From contig CAXXJJ010000001.1 of assembly GCA_963667015.2 (NCBI GenBank), positions 96,001 to 160,000 of the forward strand: a DNA stretch of 64,000 nt, in the 5' to 3' direction. Positions within the stretch are counted from its first letter, which is position 1, and each line of letters begins with the position of its first letter. The notes below the pieces were generated by a model, which was not told the DNA's origin, did no database searches, and was given only the letters and a program-made list of their open reading frames with translations. Below are positions 52,482-60,800 of the stretch, in pieces. Position numbers and translations under genes: made by a program. The stretch is from Desulfatiglandales bacterium (GTDB lineage: Bacteria; Desulfobacterota; DSM-4660; Desulfatiglandales; HGW-15).

Positions 52482-53066
52482 CTACCAATCAAGCACCGAA
52501 TATTCTTTACGATCTATTTTACCATCTCTGTTTAGATCACCATGAGTCCCATCTTGCTTTGCAACATTAAAAATTTCACCTATAGGTGCATTGATTTGTT
52601 TTAATACTTCCAATTGGTACTTCACGCATTTTCTTTCAGTTTCAAAATTTGCCCAGATTTTTCTTGGAACCGGCCAAAACCGCCATGGATGCTTTCGTCT
52701 GTAGTCATGATAGAGTTTAGAGTGAAAAGCTTCGTGCGCAATAGTCCCGGCACACCATGTTAAAGAAAAATATGTAGATTTATCAGCCATGGACATTCTA
52801 GGCGGCATTTTTTGTGCGCCCATTGAAGTTCTTTTTCGCTGCTCAATCGTTCCGACATATTCATTAACCATATCGTATGCCTCAGGCGCCTTTTCTTTAA
52901 GCAAGTCCAATGCCTGCGAGATCTGATTCTTAAACTCTGAAGTGCCTTTAATAACTAACTCTTTGCTGTTAAGATTTTTCACAACCAATATTTTATAATA
53001 ATTAATCATAATTAAGATGATTAAACTGAAAAATAAAACACCTAAAACAAATATTAATTTTTTCAT
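52482..53066 (-). CDS. Secreted or anchored HExxH metallopeptidase-like cassette protein
   Basis: N-terminal TM; 'AHEAFH'; C-terminal EF-hand-like 'DLNRDGKID'. Confidence 0.65.
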   Translation of the reverse strand: MKKLIFVLGVLFFSLIILIMINYYKILVVKNLNSKELVIKGTSEFKNQISQALDLLKEKAPEAYDMVNEYVGTIEQRKRTSMGAQKMPPRMSMADKSTYFSLTWCAGTIAHEAFHSKLYHDYRRKHPWRFWPVPRKIWANFETERKCVKYQLEVLKQINAPIGEIFNVAKQDGTHGDLNRDGKIDRKEYSVLDW

Positions 53067-53218
53067 AATTTTTTCTAATCGTTTTGACTATCTCTATTTA
53101 CTTAATTATTGCTGAATAAGGAACCGGCATATCAGCCGTTGCTTTTTGTAGAAGCTGTTAAAGGTAGCTTCTGTGATGCTTTTATGCTTTCTGGTAAAAG
53201 CGAAGTATAAATTCCTCA

Positions 53219-53305
53219 CGATAACGTTCGGGCTCACCAGCCCCGCCATGATTTTTCATATGAAGCAAGGTACCCTGCGGGGTCTGGTGTAGCAGTTTGT
53301 TAACG
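53219..53305 (-). repeat. attC site
   Basis: CGATAAC...GTTAACG on plus; CACCAG.CCCCGC/GCGGGG.CTGGTG stem. Confidence 0.9.
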
Positions 53306-53311
53306 ATTTTT

Positions 53312-54049
53312 TTATTTAAATTCTTTTACCTTTTCCTTAAGACAAAGGACTTCTTTTTGACAATCCTGCCAATCATGTTCCCAACAAATGATCAGGTCAC
53401 ATTGGTTTGGATCGTGTTTATGGGACTTGAAATTAGATGATTTATACTCAAACTCAGCTTTGCAACTATTCCAAGTACCTTTCGTGTTCCGCCTCCTTAA
53501 TAACGCATCAGGGAAAGCACTACGAATGGCTTCTATCATAAACCCCAAGTCATGGCATAAAGCCGCAAATAATAGAATTACACCCTGTTCATTTATTGGT
53601 TCGTAAACAATGCCTCGAACACCAAGTATGCCACCAGTCTCATGTATTTGAGTTTTTTCTATTCTGTTAAAGCCTTCTTTTGGAGAGATGTTCTCTTCTA
53701 ACAAAGATGAGTCTACACCCAATAATGGAGCTAACCCTTCATCAGGATCTTTTTTTGTTTGTTTGAAATGAGCTAACCTTTCTTTTCCAATTGGAGTTAT
53801 TTTCCATATACCTCGTTCTGACCCATCTAATTGATTTTTCCGCTTCAAATATTCACGTGCCCAAGCAGTTTTATTTTGCCACTTAATTACTTTGCTTTTA
53901 TATTTTTCATATTCTTCTGGAAAATCTTTTGGATTCAATTTCATTATTTTTTCCACCACAGGGTATACTTCTCTCGGTTTTGCTTTTCCACCAAGTTTGA
54001 CAAGGGCTTGAAGCAATGGGATTTCGAAGTCCATGAAATTTAGATCCAT
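53312..54049 (-). CDS. Mrr_N-like winged helix fused to a PD-(D/E)xK nuclease
   Basis: 'WQNKTAWAREYLK...RGIWKIT'; 'FPDA...AEFEYKS...CDLIICWEHDW'. Confidence 0.75.
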   Translation of the reverse strand: MDLNFMDFEIPLLQALVKLGGKAKPREVYPVVEKIMKLNPKDFPEEYEKYKSKVIKWQNKTAWAREYLKRKNQLDGSERGIWKITPIGKERLAHFKQTKKDPDEGLAPLLGVDSSLLEENISPKEGFNRIEKTQIHETGGILGVRGIVYEPINEQGVILLFAALCHDLGFMIEAIRSAFPDALLRRRNTKGTWNSCKAEFEYKSSNFKSHKHDPNQCDLIICWEHDWQDCQKEVLCLKEKVKEFK

Positions 54050-54068
54050 TTTAGTTTCCTTTTTTCAT

Positions 54069-54135
54069 CGTTAACGTTGCTGCATAAGAGGCTTGGCGTG
54101 CTTTTCGCCAAGTCGGCTTGATGCAAATGTTCGGC
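54069..54135 (-). repeat. attC site
   Basis: CGTTAAC...GTTCGGC on plus; CTTGGCG/CGCCAAG stem. Confidence 0.9.
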
Positions 54136-54136
54136 T

Positions 54137-54658
54137 TTAATTTTCCGGCCATATTGTTTTACCGCTTTTGACGTTTGAGCGGTATCGTTCGTGCGTAACA
54201 ATAAGTTTCTGTATTTCAACTGGTAATTTTGTTCTAAGCTCTTCAAAAAGTGATTTTGTTTTTTCCCATTGATTTACATCGACTTCCGTTCTTGAAAGAT
54301 CATTCGGATACCTTAGTGCATTGCACCCATTGAGATAGTTGAGCCATTTCTTATTTTTGTCTGATATAACAATGCCTCTTTTTTTTAATATAGAAAATAA
54401 TCTTTTAAGATCGTGTATAGGAGGAAATTCATTTTCGTAATGAAGCAAACAAGATTTTAGCAGCAGTTCTATAGATAAATGAGATAAAAATGCTGCTGAA
54501 TGTAAATACTCCCAAGTCCATCGCCCAGATAATTCATATAGTTTTTCTGCTGTTTTAAGGTGATCTACACAGTACTGAATTAGATCCGACTCTGAACAAT
54601 CATCCCTTGTAAATGCTTTCTTCGTTTTTTTTAAGTTAAATATATTTAGCAATTTCAT
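54137..54658 (-). CDS. HEPN domain cassette protein
   Basis: 'FLSHLSIELLLKS', 'IHDL', 'LRYP'. Confidence 0.8.
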   Translation of the reverse strand: MKLLNIFNLKKTKKAFTRDDCSESDLIQYCVDHLKTAEKLYELSGRWTWEYLHSAAFLSHLSIELLLKSCLLHYENEFPPIHDLKRLFSILKKRGIVISDKNKKWLNYLNGCNALRYPNDLSRTEVDVNQWEKTKSLFEELRTKLPVEIQKLIVTHERYRSNVKSGKTIWPEN

Positions 54659-54670
54659 AAGTTTTATGGA

Positions 54671-54996
54671 GCCGAACGGCCAGCTCACAAGCCACGCCGA
54701 GATGCACAGCAAAAATTGAAAGAAGCCCCTCGTGGTCTTGTGAAGCGACAGGTTAAAAGCCGATTTTGCCCGCTATTTACCGACCTTGTATTTTTGATAA
54801 CCAGTTATTATTACAACAATATTTTGATTCTTATTTTCTATTTACAACTTTTGGCAAGATTGCCAATTTTTGTAAATAGACATCAATTCAGCCCGGAATT
54901 TTATTTTAATACTGCCATTTGGGGATTCAGGAAATATTTCCTATTTCCCCAAATACCTTAAATTACCTTCTTTATTATGTCCTTTAAGCTTTTAAC
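54671..54996 (-). repeat. ORF-less cassette copy A with its attC (54671-54758)
   Basis: Near-identical to 57036-57363; three hairpins. Confidence 0.85.
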
Positions 54997-55118
54997 GACC
55001 GAATTAACGAGCAGGCGGTGCCTGCCACCATAAGCCTGTTTAAAAGATTGATTGCCAACAACCTTTAAAGGTTGATTTGGCAAGATAATAGCCTGTCACG
55101 TTGAATGATATGTTGGGC
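54990..55118 (-). repeat. attC site (129 bp)
   Basis: TTTTAAC...GTTGGGC on plus; related to 57756-57883. Confidence 0.88.
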
Positions 55119-55177
55119 TAATATCTCAAGAGCAGAACATTAAAAACGTATATTGTTTTATGCATTAAACCGGTCTG

Positions 55178-55330
55178 TTATTTTTTTGCAATTGTTTCCA
55201 ATGCACCAGCAATCCTCTCAAATGCTTTTATAAAGCGCAATAAAATGAGTATAATATAAATAATCACAACCAATTTGAGAACGAGTGGGGAAATAGCAAG
55301 AAGCAATTGATTCGTACTAAGACCAAACAT
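55178..55330 (-). CDS. 50-aa single-TM cassette protein, not in the ORF track
   Basis: GGAGG RBS; MFGLSTNQLLLAISPLVLKLVVIIYIILILLRFIKAFERIAGALETIAKK; only ORF seen in its cassette. Confidence 0.7.
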   Translation of the reverse strand: MFGLSTNQLLLAISPLVLKLVVIIYIILILLRFIKAFERIAGALETIAKK

Positions 55331-55378
55331 AATTTTTACCTCCATATTTTTCTTGTTTGCAGAAATAAATTCAAATCA

Positions 55379-55463
55379 GCCCAACGATTAGCATAACAGG
55401 CCGCGCCGTGATGCTGGAATCTGGCAAGATATACACGCGGTCCTGTTGATGCTTTGGTTAAAA
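55379..55463 (-). repeat. attC site
   Basis: GCCCAAC...GTTAAAA on plus; AACAGG.CCGCG/CGCGG.CCTGTT stem. Confidence 0.9.
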
Positions 55464-55472
55464 TCTTTTTTT

Positions 55473-55970
55473 TTATAGTAGATTCTTTTTTGCTAAATAA
55501 TCACGACCTTTTACTGAAAGCCAGTATATTGTATCTTCTCCAAAGGGTGTTTCTCTCATCAGAAAATCGTAGCTACATAAATTATCTATCGCATATTGGG
55601 TTTGGTTGTATTTAGACCCAAAGTGTTGCGATAAATCATTGGCTGTAAGTGATCTATCGTCTGGTAATTGACCAAAGCATATTAGGATATCCAAGTCCAA
55701 TTTTGATAATTTAATTTTATTTCTATCGTTTGGGAAGCTATATGATCGGAATTTTAAATGAATATATAAAAAATACAGAAGACCCATTATTATGGTTATC
55801 CATAGTGGTGTTGGTTTTGTTAGTATGGTGTGAACATAGTTTAGTCCCTTTTTCCAAAAAGCTAAAACAGCTACAGAGCCACCCAATAAACCGAGAACAA
55901 TTACTTGAGTTATTGTCGATTCAATATTCTCGCCGAGTTTTTTTATTCTGTTTGTCAGCCATACTTGCAT
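55473..55970 (-). CDS. Two-TM protein with C-terminal winged-helix-like domain
   Basis: Hydrophobic N-terminal half; 'YWLSVKGRDYL' wHTH-like tail. Confidence 0.6.
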   Translation of the reverse strand: MQVWLTNRIKKLGENIESTITQVIVLGLLGGSVAVLAFWKKGLNYVHTILTKPTPLWITIIMGLLYFLYIHLKFRSYSFPNDRNKIKLSKLDLDILICFGQLPDDRSLTANDLSQHFGSKYNQTQYAIDNLCSYDFLMRETPFGEDTIYWLSVKGRDYLAKKNLL

Positions 55971-55993
55971 GGTGTCTCTTTTTTAGATTAGGA

Positions 55994-56124
55994 TTTTAAC
56001 ATTTAAATAACCTGCCGTGCGGTACATTGTTATAAATATTTGCCAACAGCAATTGTTTCTATGTTGCACTCAACTCCGATCTGGCAAGAGAGTAGCACGG
56101 TCTGAGTTAATTTGATGGTTGGGC
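55994..56124 (-). repeat. attC site (131 bp)
   Basis: TTTTAAC...GTTGGGC on plus; CCGTGC/GCACGG stem. Confidence 0.85.
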
Positions 56125-56463
56125 AGTATTGTATATAGATTCAGTTATGACACCTACTGCAACAATTTTTGAACCTTCGCGCAGTGCGAACTGCCTACCA
56201 ATATTAAAACCATCCTTTTTCCCTAACTCCAATATTGTACCTGTTAACCTAATTTTAACTTTACACGATTTTCCAGGCTCCAACGAGTCACCCTCAAAGT
56301 AAGTTTCAGCCAGCCAATCAGTACATGGTTCATTGTTGATGTGCCAGAAAAATTGACCACGATAACCAGAAAAAGCAGAAGTGCTCCTACCACCATATTC
56401 AGTGGGGATCATGAATACAATGCCCTCAAGTTCATTATCTGTTACTGATTCGTATGTTCTCAT
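56107..56463 (-). CDS. Stand-alone EF-Tu C-terminal (domain III)-like protein
   Basis: 'EYGGRSTSAFSGYRGQF', 'PGKS', 'GRQFALREGSKIVAVGVI'. Confidence 0.75.
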   Translation of the reverse strand: MRTYESVTDNELEGIVFMIPTEYGGRSTSAFSGYRGQFFWHINNEPCTDWLAETYFEGDSLEPGKSCKVKIRLTGTILELGKKDGFNIGRQFALREGSKIVAVGVITESIYNTAQPSN

Positions 56464-56472
56464 TTTATTGAT

Positions 56473-56531
56473 GCCCAACGGTCAGGTTAACCGCGTGAGC
56501 GAAGCGAATCCGGTTGAACCTGATGTTATAA
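56473..56531 (-). repeat. attC site (59 bp)
   Basis: GCCCAAC GG TCAGGTTAACCG...CGGTTGAACCTGA T GTTATAA on plus. Confidence 0.92.
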
Positions 56532-56556
56532 AAAATTTTAATTAAGGAGTTTTATT

Positions 56557-56817
56557 ATGTATAATGAAAACGAATTACGTATATTTATCCACAATAAAGT
56601 TGACAAATTTAATAATAGAGTTGCACAGTTCATATACGATTCAGTAGAACATATAGAACTTATTGATGATGAAATATTTAAAGAAAAATATTTAAAACTT
56701 ATAGATTCTATTCAAGATTACGAGTCTAGTCGTAAAGAAATTGATATTACGTTACAGTGTTCTGAATTTAATTCTATATGTGATCGGATTAGGGCTGACG
56801 TATGCGATCACAGATAA
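56557..56817 (+). CDS. Antisense-oriented small helical protein inside a cassette
   Basis: TAAGGAG RBS; 86 aa. Confidence 0.6.
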   Translation: MYNENELRIFIHNKVDKFNNRVAQFIYDSVEHIELIDDEIFKEKYLKLIDSIQDYESSRKEIDITLQCSEFNSICDRIRADVCDHR

Positions 56818-57004
56818 CTTTAAAATCATTGTTACTATATTCCGCGCCATGATGACTTGAAGAATAAATTATAGAACCTGCTATTCTTATTTGTAGTTCT
56901 TTAATTTCTTTAGTCAGTTTTATATTTGAATAAGTTAAGTACGCTATTACTCCTGTAGAAATTGCAGATATAAACGAGGCAATGATTATAAGTATGTCTG
57001 ACAT
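56789..57004 (-). CDS. Small single-TM cassette protein
   Basis: AAGGAG RBS; N-terminal TM. Confidence 0.6.
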   Translation of the reverse strand: MSDILIIIASFISAISTGVIAYLTYSNIKLTKEIKELQIRIAGSIIYSSSHHGAEYSNNDFKVICDRIRQP

Positions 57005-57035
57005 TTTAAATTTCTCCTTCCATGGGGAATTGGGT

Positions 57036-57363
57036 TTATAACGGCCAGCTCACAAGCCACGCCGAGATGCTCAGCAAAAATTGAAAGAAGCCCCTCGTGG
57101 TCTTGTGAAGCGACAGGTTAAAAGCCGATTTCGCCTGCTATTTACCGACTTTGTATTTTTGATAACCAGTTATTATTACAACAATATTTTGATTCTTATT
57201 TTCTATTTACAACTTTTGGCAAGATTGCCAATTTTTGTAAATAGACATCAATTCAGCCCGGAATTTTATTTTTATACTGCTATTTGGGGATTTGGGAAAT
57301 ATTTCCTACTTCCCCAAATACCGTAAATGATGCTTTCTTCATTATAGCCTTTCAGCTTTTAAC
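57036..57363 (-). repeat. ORF-less cassette copy B with its attC (57036-57123)
   Basis: Near-identical to 54671-54996. Confidence 0.85.
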
Positions 57364-57424
57364 GACTATGCTTACCGGCCAGGCGGCGTTTTATCGCCTG
57401 GTCGGGTAGAGCATTTTGTTAAAT
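57357..57424 (-). repeat. attC site
   Basis: TTTTAAC...GTTAAAT on plus; GGCCAGGCGG/TCGCCTGGTC stem. Confidence 0.9.
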
Positions 57425-57739
57425 TTTATCTTGTGCTAATTCTCTGACCTTCGACTTAAGATATTTTTGATTGCGTTTGCTTATAAGCGAAAGACAAAGC
57501 CCTATTACTATTATAAAAATTAATGTCCCTGCCCAACTGTATGGTCCAAAATTGGAAGAGAGAATAAGATGGATAAGTACTGTCATTCCTATACATCCTA
57601 TATAAAGTCGAGGCCCTAAAATTAAAAATTTTCTCACCCTGAAATTTTCATTCATCGCTTTTCGTAAGATATTGTTCTGTTCATCACGAGATAAGCCTTT
57701 TAATTCAGGATAAATCTTTTCTATTTTAGATGAGTTCAT
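57419..57739 (-). CDS. Two-TM cassette protein, paralog of 49909-50259
   Basis: 'IEKIYPELKG' and 'LKSKVRELAQDKI'; stop codon in R''. Confidence 0.75.
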   Translation of the reverse strand: MNSSKIEKIYPELKGLSRDEQNNILRKAMNENFRVRKFLILGPRLYIGCIGMTVLIHLILSSNFGPYSWAGTLIFIIVIGLCLSLISKRNQKYLKSKVRELAQDKI

Positions 57740-57755
57740 TGGGCTCTCCTTTTGA

Positions 57756-57883
57756 ATTTAACGCGCTAAATAACGAGCAGGCGGTGCCTACCAATAAATT
57801 AAATTTAAAAGACTGAGTGCCGTGAACCTTAGAAGGTTGATTCGGCAAGATAGTAGCCTGTCACGTTAATTTTGATGTTATCA
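57756..57883 (-). repeat. attC site (128 bp)
   Basis: ATTTAAC...GTTATCA on plus. Confidence 0.88.
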
Positions 57884-57896
57884 TTTGATTTGTATA

Positions 57897-58304
57897 CTAC
57901 TTGTTTTTGTCCTCACTATTTATCCGCCACATTGTAAACGTGCCGTCAATTGGCCCCTTGTAGTATCCCTCAAAATTATTTTTGTTCAGTGTGCCATTAC
58001 CTTTATATTGCCCTTCATCAGCAGTATATGGGAATTTATTATTTTCCAGTACTCCATCCATAATGTGTAATGGTTCGTTCTCATTATCTAGATCGGTTAG
58101 AATTAACATTCGATATTTGTTTTCACCTAAATGACTTACCTTTGCAAAAAAATTAAATGGGTTGCCTTCAGAGTCAGCTCCTTTACCTTCCCAGTTTCCG
58201 ATGAATAAATAATTTGCCTGGCTACTGTCTGAATTTTCGTTGGGATTTGTACATGAAGTCAAGGCTAAACACAAAGATAGTAAAGCGATTGATTTGTAGT
58301 TCAT
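57897..58304 (-). CDS. Lipoprotein (third gene of a 3-gene cassette)
   Basis: Lipobox 'LTSC'; beta-rich. Confidence 0.75.
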   Translation of the reverse strand: MNYKSIALLSLCLALTSCTNPNENSDSSQANYLFIGNWEGKGADSEGNPFNFFAKVSHLGENKYRMLILTDLDNENEPLHIMDGVLENNKFPYTADEGQYKGNGTLNKNNFEGYYKGPIDGTFTMWRINSEDKNK

Positions 58305-58323
58305 TAGAGCACCCTCTTGTACA

Positions 58324-58650
58324 TTATCTTAATTTTTCAAGGGCATCACCAATTGATGGTGCCATGGATATAAAATTGTTCAATGTTTCACACTGATATT
58401 GGCTGCACTTAGCACAGTGAGGTGTATTTTTTTCAATGTTGCATTTACGTAAAGGACACGTGGTTTCAGTGAAATAAAATTTAATACCTTCGGACTTACA
58501 TCCTGTACAGTTGATTTGTTTCGGTTTAATGTCTGCGCTATATTGCTGACTCCATTTTTCTGCAACTTCAGCCCTTAATGTATCATTGTTTTCCTTGGTT
58601 GCCAGATAGCCTTCGCATTTTTTACAGTCCATTCCACAATAAGCAATCAT
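58324..58650 (-). CDS. DUF3795-like Cys-rich protein
   Basis: 'IAYCGMDCKKC', 'CTGC', 'HCAKC'. Confidence 0.85.
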   Translation of the reverse strand: MIAYCGMDCKKCEGYLATKENNDTLRAEVAEKWSQQYSADIKPKQINCTGCKSEGIKFYFTETTCPLRKCNIEKNTPHCAKCSQYQCETLNNFISMAPSIGDALEKLR

Positions 58651-58734
58651 ATTTACCTCCTTAAAATGTTATAATTCAATAATAAGCCCGAAGATAACTA
58701 AATTTGGTTTTACTGTATTGGAAGAATGGAACAT

Positions 58735-59496
58735 TTACGTATTTTTTAAGAATATTTGTGGGGTAACCCCTGTGATTTTCTTAAAATCATTAGTCATGTG
58801 TGCCTGGTCAAAATATCCGCCGATTTGAGCCAGGTCGCCGAGACCATGATACATATTATCCTTATAGATTTTTATGATCCGATTGACTCTGATGACCTGT
58901 GAAAAGAATTTTGGTGTTAATCCGGTATTTTTTAGAAATCTTCTGGTAAAATGTTGGCGACTCCATCCGATCATATTGATAATTTCTTGAATATTTATCA
59001 TGCCATTTGCTAGTTCGATAGCACCGATAGCATATTGAATCGGTTTTTCGAGTGATGGCTGGCCTGAAAGTAATTTTTCAAAAATTGAGTTCAGAAGGAA
59101 TATTCTTTTATTTGAGCAATTATTATTTGCTAAATGGTCAGCAATATCATCAATTCTCAATTTACCTATACTATTAATTGTGAATGTTTGATCTGTCATT
59201 TCCTGAAGGGGTGCATTAAAAAATGAAGCTGCCTTTCCCGGTTTGAACCTGACACCAAATAAGTTGTTTTTTGAATTTTGCATCGGCTTCGTCATTGGCC
59301 CCACCACAAAACACTGGGATTGAGTAGGGAGGTTTAAATCAAAAATTATATCCACACATCCGTCAGGAATAACCGGATTTATGTCAACAGGTACTCCGGT
59401 TGAAAAATCAGCAGAATACGACCAGTAGCAATGAAAAAAGGACTGTAACCTCAAAGAATGCTCATATTCTTTATATTTGTTTTTATACACAGCCAT
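58735..59496 (-). CDS. AraC-family regulator
   Basis: 'IPDGCVDIIF', 'GLTPKFF', 'GYFDQAHM...GVTP'. Confidence 0.92.
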   Translation of the reverse strand: MAVYKNKYKEYEHSLRLQSFFHCYWSYSADFSTGVPVDINPVIPDGCVDIIFDLNLPTQSQCFVVGPMTKPMQNSKNNLFGVRFKPGKAASFFNAPLQEMTDQTFTINSIGKLRIDDIADHLANNNCSNKRIFLLNSIFEKLLSGQPSLEKPIQYAIGAIELANGMINIQEIINMIGWSRQHFTRRFLKNTGLTPKFFSQVIRVNRIIKIYKDNMYHGLGDLAQIGGYFDQAHMTNDFKKITGVTPQIFLKNT

Positions 59497-59529
59497 TTAT
59501 TGATATTCACCCTGATGATTATTATTTGA

Positions 59530-59596
59530 TGATAACGCGCTGCATAAGCGGTTTGGCGAGCTTTTTGCCAAATCCGACTTAATGCAAATGTTGTGC
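59530..59596 (-). repeat. attC site
   Basis: Minus: GCACAAC-ATTTG-CATTAAG...CTTATG-CAGCGC-GTTATCA, canonical 5/6-bp spacers and an extrahelical base. Confidence 0.92.
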
Positions 59597-59612
59597 GGTT
59601 TGTTTTCATATA

Positions 59613-60200
59613 TCAAATCGAATTTATATAATGTTTTTTAGATAATAGCCTGTGATTTTCTATTAGTTTTTTTACTGCAGGTATGACTTCCTTTTTTGAT
59701 AGACCCCGTTTTTTTAAATCTTTGATTAAGTTTTTTTCCCATAATTTATCCCAATTCTGCTCAAAACCAGTGTGTGGTATCTCAATTACTATTCTCTCTT
59801 CATCTATTGTATCACAAAGTCTTTGGTTTTTAGTTCCAGGTTGGAGATATAAAGCTTTTGAATTTAAAATGAAATCAACTATTATTCCTTGTTTTATAAT
59901 ATCAAACTCCAAGCATACAACTAATTGTGCTGGCCTCTTAAAATCTAAAATTAATGTAATACTATTTTTTGTTTTTTTATTTATGTGTCCCCATGAGCTA
60001 TCAGCATCTCCGCTTGGAATCTCTTTATGCATTTTGATTAACGCGTTAATATCGGGTCTTTTTGAAGTATCAATTATCAGCAAAGGTATGAGTTTGCCTT
60101 CACCGACCCCAACAGACGCGATAGCAGCGTCAGATATAATTGGGACAGGGTTTTCTTCCTCTTTGTTTTTTGTTTTTATCTCAATTTTTCTGAATTTCAT
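59613..60200 (-). CDS. Hypothetical protein, gene 2 of the first cassette
   Basis: 195-aa ORF overlapping the upstream gene by 20 bp. Confidence 0.75.
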   Translation of the reverse strand: MKFRKIEIKTKNKEEENPVPIISDAAIASVGVGEGKLIPLLIIDTSKRPDINALIKMHKEIPSGDADSSWGHINKKTKNSITLILDFKRPAQLVVCLEFDIIKQGIIVDFILNSKALYLQPGTKNQRLCDTIDEERIVIEIPHTGFEQNWDKLWEKNLIKDLKKRGLSKKEVIPAVKKLIENHRLLSKKHYINSI

Positions 60201-60747
60201 TTTCGTCGATTATCTCTTTTATTATAATAGGACGAACAATACTTATATTTCCGCGTGAGTCGTATAGTTTTAGTTGGTAATTTTCTATACTCAAATTTGT
60301 CAGTTGTTCTCTTCTTATTTTGAATACAAACCACCCTGATATAGTATGACGAATATCAATCTGAGCTGGCAAAATAATTGGAACAATTGAAACAGCATTA
60401 GATTCTATAATGTTATCGTCAGAGTGAGGTAATAAAATATTTGTGATAAGATCATTCTGGTAACGATATGAGATTGATAGCTCCGCTCTAGATAAAGTAT
60501 TGGGCATATCGGATTTATTATTTACTAATATTGAAAAAGCATAAATTCTGTACAGATCATCTTCTGTCTTACATGTAAAACTTTCTGACAAATATGGCTC
60601 TAGATTAGGCGATCTATCTTGTTCTTGGTTTTCCGAAATAGCAAGACTTCTCTTTGCAATCCTGCTAGATCTATATGCCAGCAAAGCAGCTACCCATGCA
60701 GCGATAGCAGAACATATTGAAATTATATCTGAATAATTAATCTTCAT
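60181..60747 (-). CDS. Single-TM hypothetical protein, gene 1 of the first cassette
   Basis: GAGG RBS just inside the core site; N-terminal TM. Confidence 0.75.
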   Translation of the reverse strand: MKINYSDIISICSAIAAWVAALLAYRSSRIAKRSLAISENQEQDRSPNLEPYLSESFTCKTEDDLYRIYAFSILVNNKSDMPNTLSRAELSISYRYQNDLITNILLPHSDDNIIESNAVSIVPIILPAQIDIRHTISGWFVFKIRREQLTNLSIENYQLKLYDSRGNISIVRPIIIKEIIDENEIQKN

Positions 60748-60762
60748 TTTCCTCTTTGTGTA

Positions 60763-60800
60763 GCACAACATAGAGTACCGGGCAAATTTTCCGATATGAG
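60763..60800 (-). other. Putative attI recombination site
   Basis: GTTGTGC core (60763-60769) complementary to R'' of the first cassette; lies between the array and the intI stub. Confidence 0.65.

Larger units (their letters stand above)
49572..60769 (-). mobile_element. Integron gene-cassette array (about 17 cassettes), integrase disrupted
   Basis: Regularly spaced AAC...GTT attC palindromes between co-oriented AT-rich genes; the 7-bp core sites of each of the first 11 cassettes are mutually complementary. Confidence 0.93.

Noticed and set aside
54716..54961. 81-aa plus-strand ORF and its twin at 57081-57326
   Set aside because: It starts at a TTG inside the attC with no clear RBS and is antisense to the array. 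Its conservation follows from the DNA duplication. Not fully excluded.
49790..59596. Spaced palindromes read as a CRISPR array
   Set aside because: They vary in length and sequence, are separated by whole genes, have attC R/L architecture, and no cas genes are present.
59683..60258. Long antisense ORFs (this one, 30726-31304, 23363-23878, 1986-2471)
   Set aside because: Shadow frames of better-supported genes on the opposite strand.
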